From contig NC_069005.1 of assembly GCF_001194135.2 (NCBI RefSeq), forward strand, positions 16,374,212 through 16,424,850: a stretch of 50,639 nt of DNA, read 5' to 3'. Below the pieces are notes generated by a model. That model saw nothing but the letters and a program-made list of their open reading frames with translations, was not told the origin of the DNA and ran no database searches. Below, one piece after another: positions 23,771-39,668 of this stretch. The stretch's first letter is position 1. Every line of letters starts with the position of its first letter. The translations under genes were made by a program, and so were the position numbers. This DNA is from Octopus bimaculoides. Its lineage: Eukaryota.

Positions 23771-23789
23771 ATTGTGTATCAAAATCTAG

Positions 23790-24480
23790 TCCAAGAAAAT
23801 TATTATTAGAGTTAGTTCCACAAGTAGCAAGACAAGATCAAGCATTAAGGACTAATTGGATAAAAGCCAAGATATACAAAAACTAAGATGATTCCCAATG
23901 TAGGTTACGCAAATCAAAAGAGGAAAGTGCTACTCATATAGTAAGTGAATGTAGTATGCTGGCACAGAATGAATACAAGAAAAGACATGACAACTACTGG
24001 AAATACATGAAAAGACATGACAATTACTGGGAGTTATGTAGAAAGCTAAGATTTGACGATGCTGATAAATGGTATGAACATGAACCTAGTAAAGTACAAG
24101 AAAGTAAGAAGTATAAGATGTTGTGAGACTTCAACATTCAGACTGACAGAGTAATAGAACTTAGAAGGCCTGATTTAGTAGTTGTAAGTAAAGAGAATAG
24201 AAGTTGCCAGATAATAGACTTTACAGTCTAAAATGATGAGAAAATCAATATGAGAGATATAGAGAAAATAGCAAAGTACCAGGACCTAGACATCGAATTA
24301 CAGAGGCTATGGAAAGTGCTGGTAAAATGTATCTCAGTGTATTAGGAACTACCCCTAAAGATTTCAACAGACGGATAGAGGAAACAAGCATAAAACCTAG
24401 TTTAGGACAGCTCCAGAAAACAGTGTCATTAGGAACAGTTAGGGTGCTTAGGATGGTTCTTGACTTTTAAGTTTACTTGT
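23790..24480 (+). mobile_element. R4/Dong LINE subfamily A, 5'-truncated 3' fragment (CCHC + RLE)
   Basis: Closely matches about 27700-28335 (QDQALRTNWIKAKI, CRL-K..HIVSEC, RRPDLVVV, KYQDL). Confidence 0.9.
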
Positions 24481-24571
24481 AGCCCGAATTTTTTCTTTTC
24501 CAATTTGTTTTTCTTTTTTAATTTTCTTTTTTAATTGTTTAATTTAATTTTCTTTTTTAATTTGTTGTGCA

Positions 24572-24767
24572 GAAGAAAATTTTAACTGATCCTCTCCTGC
24601 AAGGTCATGGGTTGTTTATCTTGATATGAGATCACCATGTCGCGCACATATGGTTGTGATGCATGTGTCTGGTGTGCCCTTATCAGACGGGTAGTCATGA
24701 TGGGTATACTGGGCTTCGTATAGTTTACTCCAATGTGACTTTAATGGTATGCACTGCTCTCTCATTC
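24572..24767. repeat. Partial second copy of the repeat at 8383-8839
   Basis: Aligns by eye with 8644-8839. Confidence 0.8.
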
Positions 24768-25109
24768 AATAATAATTACAAGAAACATACAGGAAACATA
24801 CAAAAATAAACTTATCCAGTAATTACCCAACAAAATGAACAAAACCCACAACATGTGCCATGGAAGGCTGATATCCGACAGAAGAGCACAACCGGTGCTG
24901 CACAAACAACATACAATATAAAGATTAATACAACAGAAGACTCAAACAATACCCCATAACAAAACGTAATGATACAATACAAGATCCCACCCGCCAAAAA
25001 AAAATGCAGCACACCCCATCCCACCAGCATGAAGGCGCAACAAATGATGCAATAGAAAGTTTCTAGAAATTTTTAGATGTCGAAAAATAATAATGGTGAT
25101 GACGATGGT

Positions 25110-28100
25110 AACGAACGTTACATTTCCTCAGTTAATGAGGGACAGGAGTTTCCGAAGATCTCTAGTGCAACAGCGAAAATGAAGCTAGATCTTTAAGGGA
25201 AAGCCTCTCGCTCGGCTGTGGATCAGTAAATGCAGACTGACCACAACTGTCATCCTAATACAGCATCAACAAATAATAGAGCAAGTAGGAGGAAGTGGAC
25301 CAGCGAAGAAAACGGGATAGTGATACAGTGCTACTTAGATAGTGAGGCTAAAAGATGGGGCTATAGAAAACGGATGTTAACACTTTGGGTAGAGAAGGGT
25401 ATGTTTAAAGTGACTGAGCAGAGATTAGTTGATCAAGTTAATGTTATTAGAAGAAAGTGGATGACAGAATTGGAGATGGACGAGATCACAAGAGAACTGG
25501 AAAAGACCAGGCAGTTGGAAAGACAAACAACAACATAAGAGATGCAGCTCAAACTAATGAAGAACATAAAAGAAAAAATAATAATAGCGCTACCAATAAG
25601 GAAGGGACAACTGGTACCAACGACATAAGTGATCTATGTGAGGAAGATCAGAGTTGCAGGAGGTAATGAGTAAAGAAGAAAAAGATTGCCAGCATTAAAA
25701 GACACCAACAGAAGAAAGCTACTAGAAATGACTAGGAAAGTAGATTCTTTTATCAGTAATATTGATAGATACTAAAAATATCGGTGCCACTGACTTATTG
25801 GACTATGCAGGAGGGGTAGTAGTAACCAGAAAGTTAGATATCTCACTGGGAAAGACTAAAAAAGAGCAAATGGGGAAAAGAAGATCTAAAGTCAAGATCT
25901 GAGTAGAATAGAAACCTGGAAAACAAACAAGTTAGGAAACACAAGATGCAAATCTTGCCAAGATGAAAGATACTCAGTCAAGTATTGGTACAATAATAGA
26001 AGAGTTGAAACAGCGCATCATAGCAGTAGCAGGCAAGCTCTCCGGATATCAGGAAAAAATAAATCAGTATCAACAGAATAGATTATTTGACATAGACCAG
26101 AGGAGATTTTATAACCAAATAAATAGGGGAGAACGAAGTACTGAAGATGAGAAACCTAATGCAGAAAAAGCTAGAAAGTTCTGGAGTAATATTTGGGATA
26201 AATCAATCAATCATAATGGAAATGCAGCAGTATGGCTAATGAAAGAGAAGGGCTCAGGACCAGATTTAGTTTAAGGGTACTGGCTAAAGAAATTCAGTGG
26301 CTTACATGGGAGGCTGAGGGAACAACTTCAGGATTGCCTTAATGGAGGAACAATACCAGATTGGATGACTAGAGGAAGGACAGTACGCATTATGAAGAAT
26401 AATACAGCTAGCAACTATAGACCAATCATTTGCTTACCATTAACGTGGAAGCTGTTTACAGGAATGCGTTCAGAAAGCATTTACGAGCATCTTGACAATA
26501 AGAATTTACTGCAAGAAGAGTAAGGTTGCAGGAAGAAGGCTAGAAGAATGCATGACCTATCATATATAGACAAAGCAGTTCTAAATGAAGTAAAAGCTAG
26601 AAAGAAAAAGCTAACTGTAGCATAGATAGATTGTAAGAAAGCCTATGGCATGATCCCACACTCATGGATAAATGAATGTTTGAGTATATTTAGTATAGCA
26701 GACAACATAAGAGAATTAATTAGCTTTAGCACGAAAAAATGGAAAGTAGATCTCTACTCAGATGACACACTCTTAGGGAAAGTTAATATCAAAAGAGGAA
26801 TTTTCCAGGGGAACGCGTTGTCCCCTTTAATATTTGCAAAGGCAGGGTATCAGTTCAGAAATAGTAATGGAAAAATTAACCATTTGGATGATCTGAAGCT
26901 TTGTTCAGTAAAAATGAAAAGGAGAAAAATTCCTTAAGACAGACTGTCAGACTCTTTAGCAAAGATATAGGCATGGAATTTGGCATAGATAAGTGTGCAA
27001 CATTAGTCCTGAGAAGGGGATAGGAAGTCAACAGCGAAGGCAAACAACTACCAGATGGCTAGACATTAAAATAATTGAAAAGAGGAGAGAGCTATAAGTA
27101 TCTAGGAGTATTAGAATCTGACAGGGTACTAACTACAAAAATGAAAACGAATTTTGAGAAGGAGTACATCAGAAGGGCGAAGAAGCTAATGAAGTCAAAG
27201 CTAAACGGTTTGAATCTAGTGAAAGCTGTAAATACTTGGGTAGTATCATTACTTAGATACTCAGCAGCTTTTGTAGACTGGACAAAAACTGAATTAGCAA
27301 AGCTAAACAGAAGGATTAGGAAGGAATTCAATATGAATGGAGGACTCCACCCAAGGGCAGGAGTAGCAAGATTATACCTACCTAGAAATGAAGGTTGATG
27401 AGGGTTAATATCAGTAGAAGACTTCATGGAGTAAGCGAGAGTAGATATAGACTCCTATGTAGGTAATAGTGAAGAAAGTTTATTAAAAGCTGCTAGAGTC
27501 ACTGCAAGATATAGGGAAATCAAAACACCAAACGAAGTTAAAAACCAGAAAAAAGAACGGAAATTATCTGATTGACAGGAGAAAGCATTGCATGATAGAT
27601 TCCCAAAGACAGTTTTTGTAAATAGTAGTAGTCGGATAGGGTTATGGCTGCAGAAACGAAAGCTGAAGAGGGAGATAGAATGTTTGTTAGTAGCAGCACA
27701 AGATCAAGCATTAAGGACTAATTGGATAAAAGCCAAGATAGACAAAGACCATGTAGATTCCCAATGTAGATTATGCAAATCAAAAGAGGTAAGTGCTACT
27801 CATATAGTAAGTGAATGTAGCATGCAGGCACAAAAAGAATACAAGAAAAGACATGACAATCTTCGGAAAGCAATCCACTTGGAGCTATGTAGAAAGTTAG
27901 GATTTGAACATTCTGATAAATGGTATGAACATGAACCCAGTAATGTACTAGAAAGTAAGAAATATAAGATGGTATGGGACTTCAACATTCAGACTGACAG
28001 AGTAATAGAATCTAGAAGGCCTGATTTGGTAGTAGTAGATAAAGAGAATAGAAAGTGCCAGGTAATTGACTTTACAGACTCAAATGATGAAAAAATTAAC

Positions 28101-28430
28101 GTAAGTATAGAAAAAATAGCAAAGTACCAAAACCTAGCTATTGAATTACAGAGACTATGGAAAGTGCAAGTAAAATGTTTCCCAGTAGTTATAGGTGCAT
28201 TTGGAACTATCCTTAAAGATCTGAACAGATGAAGGAAATAGGCATAAAGCCCAGCTTAGTGCAGCTGCAGAAAACAGTATTATTAGGGACAGCTAGGATA
28301 CTTAGGACGGTTCTTGGCATCGAAGGTTACTTGCTATAACCCAATAGGAGGGTTCTTGACATCTAAGATTACTTGTTGTTAGAATTCTTTTCTTTTCCAA
28401 CAGTCTAATCTGTTGAGTGTATATGAATAC
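25110..28430 (+). mobile_element. Near-full-length decayed R4/Dong-clade RLE non-LTR retrotransposon (subfamily A)
   Basis: N-terminal RRKWTSEEN..CY..GYRKRM..W..TEQRLVDQ Myb-like domain. RT: NYRPIICL, MIPHSWI, KRGIFQGNALSP, DDLKL, YKYLG. Then HPRAGVARLYLPR, a CRLC..HIVSEC finger, and RLE RRPDLVVVD..C.VID..KYQNL. The 3' UTR ends AATCTGTTGAGTGTATATGAATA-CTAACAATAAT. Many stops and frameshifts. Confidence 0.93.
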
Positions 28431-28572
28431 TAACAATAATATTTCGTTTTTGGATTTGGTTTGCAAGATTCTTTATGTGACTTCATATGTTGAAGCATTT
28501 TCTGTTGTCTCTGTAAACAACTATTTAAAAGGATACAAGACGCAACGAAAATTTTAGGAAAAATAAATAAGT

Positions 28573-28960
28573 AGGCGCAGGAGTGGCTGTGTGGTAAGTA
28601 GCTTGCTTACCAACCACATGGTTCCAGGTTCAGTCCCACTGCATGACACCTTGGGCAGGTGTCTTCTACTATAGCCTCGGACCGACCAATGCCTTGTGAG
28701 TGGATTTGGTAGACGGAAACTGAAAGAAGCCCGTCGTATATATATATGTATGTGTGTGTATATGCTTGTGTTTGTTCTCCCAACATCGCTTGACAACCGA
28801 TGCTGGTGTGTTTACGTCCCCATAATTTAGCGGTTCGTCAAAAGAACCGATAGAATAAGTACTAGGCTTACAAAGAATAAGTCTTGGGGTCGATTTACTC
28901 GACTAAAGGCGGTGCTCCAGCATGGCCGCAGTCAAAATGACTGAAACAAGTAAAAGAGTA
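28573..28960 (+). mobile_element. Full-length tRNA-derived SINE (family 1) with an internal TA/TG microsatellite
   Basis: A box TGGCTGTGTGG (28584-28594), B box GGTTCAGTCC (28627-28636), central CCTTGGGCAGG, and a 3' half shared with four other copies in the window. Confidence 0.92.
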
Positions 28961-29042
28961 AGTAAATGAGTGGACATTTTACAGGTGAGTGTGTTAAATT
29001 ATAAGGTACTAAAAGAGTATGACTCGCCCCAGACACAGAGAA

Positions 29043-29155
<113 letters not shown>

Positions 29156-29159
29156 TCAA

Positions 29160-29432
29160 TATGAGAGGTATAGAAAAATTCTAAGTACCAGTACCTAGTC
29201 ACTGAATTTCAGAGACTATGGAAAGTGCGGGTAAAATGTATCCTTGTAGTCATAGGTGCATTGGGAACTATCCTTAAAGATTTCAACAGAAAATCTAATT
29301 TAGTAAAGATTCAGGAAACAGTGTTATTAGGGAGACAGCTATGACACTTAGGAGGTTTCTTGACGCCTAAGGTTACTTTTTGTAGCCAGATTTTAGATTT
29401 TTTTCTTTCCACCAGTCTATTGTGTGTAAATG
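29160..29432 (+). mobile_element. R4/Dong subfamily A 3' end, lying between TAA-type tracts
   Basis: Matches about 28110-28430 (KYQYL..EFQRLWKV..VIGALGT, then the 3' UTR) and is followed by (AAT)n. Confidence 0.85.
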
Positions 29433-29448
29433 AATAATAATAATAATG

Positions 29449-29536
<88 letters not shown>

Positions 29537-29541
29537 TGATG

Positions 29542-29609
<68 letters not shown>
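29432..29609. repeat. (AAT)n tract running into a gap
   Basis: Direct reading. Confidence 0.95.
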
Positions 29610-29970
29610 NNNNNNNNNNNNNNNNNNNNNNNNNNNNNNNNNNNNNNNNNNNNNNNNNNNNNNNNNNNNNNNNNNNNNNNNNNNNNNNNNNNNNNNNNNN
29701 NNNNNNNNNNNNNNNNNNNNNNNNNNNNNNNNNNNNNNNNNNNNNNNNNNNNNNNNNNNNNNNNNNNNNNNNNNNNNNNNNNNNNNNNNNNNNNNNNNNN
29801 NNNNNNNNNNNNNNNNNNNNNNNNNNNNNNNNNNNNNNNNNNNNNNNNNNNNNNNNNNNNNNNNNNNNNNNNNNNNNNNNNNNNNNNNNNNNNNNNNNNN
29901 NNNNNNNNNNNNNNNNNNNNNNNNNNNNNNNNNNNNNNNNNNNNNNNNNNNNNNNNNNNNNNNNNNNNNT

Positions 29971-33448
<3,478 letters not shown>

Positions 33449-33591
33449 TGGACGTACACTAAGAAGCTCTCTCGGCAAAACAAACTTAATCCAATAACAC
33501 CGGTACAATGGAAGGAAAACTTTGCGCTATAACTGTGGGAAAAGTACTGTTAAAGCAAAAGAACTAAAAAATCGGAAAGAATTTTGTTACA

Positions 33592-35190
33592 TAGGGGAAT
33601 CTTGGGAGAGTTGAGTCACAGGGAGAGTTGAGCCACAATAATTTTCTCTAAATCTATAAATTATAAAAAGTAATTACTATCTCCTATTGAAAGAAACGTT
33701 TCTGCTTATCTAATACATTTAACAGGTGTAGGCAGTTTATACAGCTATTTTTTTGAAAAAATCAATTTTTACACCAGAAAGTAAAAGTTGAGCTTGAAGG
33801 TGAGCATGTTCATATTTCTGTAGTGGTATGTAGCATTCTGATTGAATGCATTTTATCATATACCTGTATCGTTTCTCTATCACTGTGATCGTTAAAAAAA
33901 ACTGTGTGACTAACGTTACAGTTACAATAATGCATGAAGTTAAGATGGAAGGAAATGGGAAGAGTTGGGACAACTATGTATGGGTGAGTTGAGCGTTGTC
34001 CCAACTCTCCCTTTATTAATGCGTGGTGAAAAAACAATTTTAGTCTGTGATAAATAGCAAAAACTCTGGTAGCTGTTAATGAGGATCTATAACTTTCGGC
34101 AAGAGAGGATAAGTTGTAACAGTTGTGTATGCAGTTAATGCAGTGGGAAGTGTTGTTCCACCACTGCTGATCTTCCCACGAAAAACTATAGGGATTATTT
34201 TATCAAAAGTAGTCTTGCAGGCTGTATCGGAGGAGCCAATTCCTGTGGATGGATTAATGAAGATCTCTTTGTGACTTATTTAAAACGCTTTATAGCCTTC
34301 ACCAGGAGAGCAAAGAGAAGAAAGTGTTGTTAGTTTTAGACAATCACAAAACTCATGTGTCTTTTGCAGCTATCGACTTGGCCAAGAAAAATTGGTTGAT
34401 ATTATTAATAATCCCACCTCATTCAAGCCACAAGCTCCAGCTGTTGGATGTGAGCTGCTATAAGCCATTCAAGACGGCATATAGTCGAGCGGTTGATAAC
34501 GGGATGCGTTCCCACCCCGGAAAGTCGATTACAATATATGACATTCTTGAATTTGTTTCACATGCTCAGATACATGGTCTTACTGCTCAAAACATTATCT
34601 CTAGGTTTCATAGAACGGGAATTTGTCCCTTTAACCAAGATGTGCTCTGTGAGACAGAGTTTGTACCTGCAGTGTATTAACAGATCGAGATCTTCCAGCA
34701 TCATCTTATGAAAACCAAGCAGATGTTCTCCAATCAAGTTTTAAAGAAACACCAGTTTCTTATTCAATGACAGTTACCCAGCATTTCACAGGAACCATCA
34801 ACTTCCACTGAAACTGCTACTCTCAATGTTGAACGAAGTGGAGTTCTCAGTGCTTCAAAATAAAGCACAAATCATTTATATGTAGTTACGTGTTTCATCT
34901 TAGCGTACAATCAATTAAAATATCACTTATCCCAAGTCCCTCCTATGTCCCAACTCTCCCCTATACATGTCCCAACTCACAAACCCCTGGGAGGGTTTGA
35001 TCAAATCACTACCCTTTAAAAAGCGTGCTCTCGGTGTTTCAGTTTACACCCATTTGAAAGTATATCCCTGGCATATATACGTTACAAGTCTATGAATGTT
35101 ACAAGTTGGTAAAGAATTCTTTCTTATGCACAGAGAGTCCGTATCATATTGAAATGTAAATTATTATCCAACTCTCTCAAGCTTCCCCTA
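33592..35190 (+). mobile_element. pogo-type (DDE_1) Tc1/mariner-superfamily DNA transposon with intact TIRs and a deleted N-terminal DNA-binding region
   Basis: TIRs ATAGGGGAATCTTGGGAGAGTTG (33591-33613) and 35169-35191 match at 21 of 23 positions, with TA at both ends. Transposase motifs: AVNAVG..VPPLLIFPRK, LLVLDNHKTH, IPPHSSHKLQLLDVSCYKPFK, F.RTGICPFN. Confidence 0.9.
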
Positions 35191-35599
35191 TAGTGTAGTT
35201 TCTTTCTTAAATGCGTGATATCTCAATGTGACTTACGTAAAACGTCGAAACTAGCTCCAGGAACCCTGGGAAAACACTGATTACACAGCAAGTGTAAATA
35301 AAATAATTGCCTATGCATGCAACAGCCCACGCATCCATGTGCACATGCTAATATTTACAAGCAACATAAATAATGCCTACACGACACACACTGCACACAC
35401 AGAAAATAATAGAAAAACACGTGACACGAGCGATGCCGAACCAAACAAAAACAAAGCGACTTCCCACAAACGAATATAAAAAAGAACACATAACCAAACA
35501 GTTATGACCGGAAACATAGCTACCAAAAAAAAAAAAAAAATAGAGGCGATTTTCGATCTATCAGCCTCCGATATGACAAATATATCCATTCAAAGAACA

Positions 35600-38520
35600 A
35601 GGAAACGGTGTCATGGCAAAAGGTCAACCTTGAACAAACAGACCCGTCTCCTATTGTCACTGTCAATACTTTAATGACAAGCCAAAACTCATGCCGGATC
35701 AGTCATCGCCCAGGACAAGGACCGCGTTACCCAGTGGGTAACCAGAATGGAGTCGAAAAATTTGCTGCTGGAATAAACTCTTTCTCTCTCAAAAAAAAAA
35801 AAAAAGAAAAAACGAAGTACCAGGTAACCAGAACCAGGATAACCCTAACCCTAGGCCTGTAGTGACGCCACCAAAAACATCACCTAAAGCAAAATGCATA
35901 AAATGGACTAGAGAGGATTATAGAGCTGTGTTAAAAGCTTTCTATACAGCCCGACTAAACCCAAACAATAACCTTATTGTACAAACATACACTTCATGGA
36001 GAAACTTAGTAGGCAACGAAGTACGCAGATATGTAGACATATATATTAAGTAATGTACGTAGAGACATTATTAAGAATAAAAGGTTAACTGACACTGAAA
36101 TTAGCCATATTAGGATACAAATATCCCATGTTTGACCAAATGAAAACTGCAAGAATGCAGATGAAATAGGTAACAGATGCACAGAACCCAATGTACAACG
36201 AGGAAGCTGAGGAAAGAATAGCAAAAAACAGATATGCGGAAAAAGAGGAGACCGACCTCAAGAACACCAGAATAGATATGACACAGAAATTATGGTGAAT
36301 AATAAAGAGAAGATCATGGAAACAAAGGAAGATATTATGAGAGAACTCAGCAAAACTGAGTTTACTGACATGATGAAGAGAGAACCGCTGCCAAAGCTCT
36401 CAAACAGTATAAAAAATAACAGCATAATCATGATATGTAATGTTGCTTATAGACAGATCTTAAGAAATAGGGGAAATGACCTAACGACCTTAAATAACCT
36501 CATCTATTCCGCTGCTAAAGTTGTAACTGCTTAACTGGTTATCGGGACGACACAGAAAAGGACCAATCATGTCAATAGACCTCCTAATTGGAAAGTAGCA
36601 ATACAAAAAGAGATCGAATTTTTGCGGGAGGATGCATCAGTTCTCAGTGAACTTGCTAGAGGAATAAATGTTAAGACAAAAGAAGCTAGAAAATCAAGCA
36701 AAAATATAAAATCTTTAATTTTATAAACCTCCCTGCAAGCAAAGAACTAGTAAAACAAAGAATACAACTGAAATCCCAACGGCTCAGGAGGTGACAAAGT
36801 AATCAAGTTTTATCGACAAAACAAGGTATTCAAGACGGATGCAAAAAAATGTATAGGCAAATTAGCAAAAGCAAGATAGAAGTAAAGGAGCCACCTAAGA
36901 CTGAAGAAATGGAAGGGTTCTGGAAGAAGATATGGAACAACAAAAAAGAATATAATGCTGAAGCTAATTGCATAGAATGTGAGAAAGTGAGGCTGGGTGA
37001 AGTTGAAGAGTAGAAATGGGAGGCAATAGGAGTAGAAGAGCTAAGATGTGTTCTTAGAAAGTCTCATAAATAGAGAACCCTAAGACTGGACCGGATCCCT
37101 AACTTCTGGCTGAATTGTTTGACAGAAGTACACCAACATTTTGCTGCATCCCTAACTGATGTCATCCAGAACCCAGAGCAAATACCTGCCTGGCTGACCG
37201 AAGGAACAATATACCTTCTACCAAAACTGAAGACACGAAAAGTCCAAAGAAATACCGACCAGTAACATGTCTCTACACCACCTACAAGATCCTCACATCC
37301 ATACTAACTGAAAGAATTTACACTTTCCTGGAACAGAACCCTATCCTCCCACAAGCTCAAAAAGGTTGTAAAAGGAATTCTTATGGATGCAAAGATCAAT
37401 TACTCATAAATAAAATGATTGTAAAGAACTGCCGGAGCAAATAGAACCTAGGTATGGAATGGATAGACTACAGGAAAGCGTTTGATAGTGTCCCACATAA
37501 TTGGCTACTCGGGGCCCTTGAGATATACAAGATCACTCCTGTCGTCTCCAAATTCTTACAAGGTAGTTTGGCCAAGTGGAATACAAGTCTCCTAAACCAT
37601 TAGGATGAGCCAATCCAACAACATCAACATCAAACGAGGCATCTTTCAAGGTAACTCCCTCTCCCCATTACTCTTTTGCAAAGCACTGATCCCACTCTCA
37701 GACGAACTGAGTAATACCATGTATGGGTTCAAAATGTATAATATAGTAAATCAAGTTTTATATGGACGATCTGAAGCTGTTTGCTAGTAGGACTGTTAAC
37801 AACTGTTAAAGTGTTCAGAAATGACATCGTGATGAATTTTGACCTTGATAAGTGTGCTAAAGCAACTTTTGTAAGAGGCAAGCTCAAGCAAAAAGCTTCC
37901 ATTAAATTAGATACTGACACTACCATCAAGGAGATTGACCCACAAGAAAGCTATAAATACCTGGGGATAAACAAAAGAGACGGTGCACAACATGCTACCA
38001 TGAAAGAAAAAATACGAAAGGAATATTACAGAAGAATACGACTCATACTAAAAACTGAACTGAATTCTAAAAATCACATCGAAGCCATTAACACCCTGGC
38101 ACCTCCAGTTGTCCAATACAGTTTTAACATCATTAACTGGAATCTTACAGAGCTCCAACGCTTGGACAGGAAGACAAGAAAACTACTAACATATAAGAAC
38201 ATGCACCACCCAAAAGCAGACGTTGATCGTCTTTACCTATCTAGAAGCAATGGGGCAAGAGGAATGATGCAGGTAGAACTGTGCTATTGTGGAGGTCTTC
38301 CTCCACAATAGCAGTGAACAAGAACTTATCTAGTACAGAGGACTGGATACTGCGGCTTGTATGCAAACACGAAAGCAGCAAAAAATCACATTCTGTTGTC
38401 AAGGAGGCTTGAAAATTCGAAAGGGAACTTGGCATTTACCCTGAATTAGATGAAGAACCTGAAACCACTGCTACGAAAAAAGCAAAACGGATCAAACAGG
38501 CTGCAAAAAAGAACGAGCAC
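35600..38520 (+). mobile_element. Decayed R4/Dong-clade LINE (subfamily C), 5' and RT regions; 3' CCHC/RLE region missing
   Basis: N-terminal IKWTREDY..F; KYRPVTCL, QKGCKRNSYGCKDQL, WIDYRKAFDSVPH, KRGIFQGNSLSP, FDLDKCAK, YKYLG and MHHPKADVDRLYL. The sequence diverges after about 38520. Confidence 0.9.
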
Positions 38521-38922
38521 GCTTCTTGCCACACAGCCACGCCTGCGCCTATATGCTACAGTCACAAAGAATATTGTGTTTATTTACTATATTCCTTTGT
38601 CTTAATATCTCAACGTAGACCCATTTGTTAACCCAATTCTCCCCTGTACAACAGACATCAAGCGAGAGAACTAACATATATTTGAAAAGACATTTCTGTT
38701 TTTTTTTTTAATGAGTATATCACGACATCTTCAATTGGAAGTAGTAGTCGGAAAGCGGATCTGAAACCAAGCGCTCCTCTGCATATACAAACTGACTCAG
38801 TGACCATTTCACAGAAGGGAGTGGTGTAACTTTTCATGATACACAATAGTATTAAGAAGTAAATAATAAGTTAACATAACTATTTAGTTGAACTCATTCT
38901 TCCAAGGTTGAACAATTACACA

Positions 38923-38968
<46 letters not shown>

Positions 38969-39130
38969 CAGAGTGAGAAAGAGAGAGAGAGAGAAACAGA
39001 GACAGAGAGAAAGTGAAATACAAACATACACAGCTATTGATATATAAATGTGTACGAATATATAAATATATATATATTAATATTGGTATGTATGTATGTA
39101 TGTATGTATGTATGTATAGTGGAAATACAG

Positions 39131-39516
39131 AGGAAATACCACTAAGTGGATTCCTTGTATGTTAAAGAGAGACACCAAATCATCCTATCGTGAAAAATAT
39201 GTTCTCAAATTAGCAGTTCCCTAGATGCTTGCGAGCAAGACAAATGAAAGGAAAATAAAAAAGCAGTTAATTTCATACGTTGAAGTTTCGTCATAAATAA
39301 TTAAGGAATTATCCGTGGCTCCTCAGTGGAATCGCTGTTGACACATAACAACGGAACTAGGTACCAGTCGTCTCCGTGAGAGGATACGTGCTTATAGAGC
39401 TCCACTATTATACATCGAAATTTCGATTCAAATGCTAATTTGAGAACACATTTTTCGTGGTAGGACGACTTGGGTATATCTTTCGCATACAAGGAATCCA
39501 CTTAGTGGTATTTCCT
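39131..39516. mobile_element. MITE-like element, 386 bp, with about 85-bp terminal inverted repeats
   Basis: 39131-39161 is the exact 31-nt reverse complement of 39486-39516; imperfect pairing continues to 39215/39433. No ORF. Confidence 0.85.
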
Positions 39517-39633
39517 TTTATCTATATATCTGAATATAATTTGCAGTCTTCGGACGTTTTTTTACGTAGGCTGGCCACCGGTTTAAATTAGTATTATTTA
39601 ATATTTATTTAATATTAATTTCTACCCTCAGTA

Positions 39634-39668
<35 letters not shown>

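Noticed and set aside
24780-25060. A/C-rich segment between repeats as a coding fragment
   Set aside because: No motif is recognisable; probably an unclassified repeat remnant.
25115-25195. Possible HDV-like ribozyme at the 5' end of Dong element A (ATT-TCCTCAGTT-AAT resembles P3/L3; CGAA downstream)
   Set aside because: P1 and P2 partners could not be closed by eye; it needs a consensus-based search before any claim.
28573-28645. tRNA gene candidates at the SINE heads (also about 15530-15603 and 21400-21482)
   Set aside because: They have A/B boxes but no complete cloverleaf, and they continue into repeat bodies, so they are SINE heads.
35228-35256. ACG-TAAAA-CGT-C-GAAA-CTAG hammerhead-like half motif
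   Set aside because: The CUGANGA core is not recognisable and stem I is absent; at best a relic.
38658-38846. Short unique minus-strand ORF as an upstream exon or separate gene
   Set aside because: No recognisable domain and no convincing splice signals.
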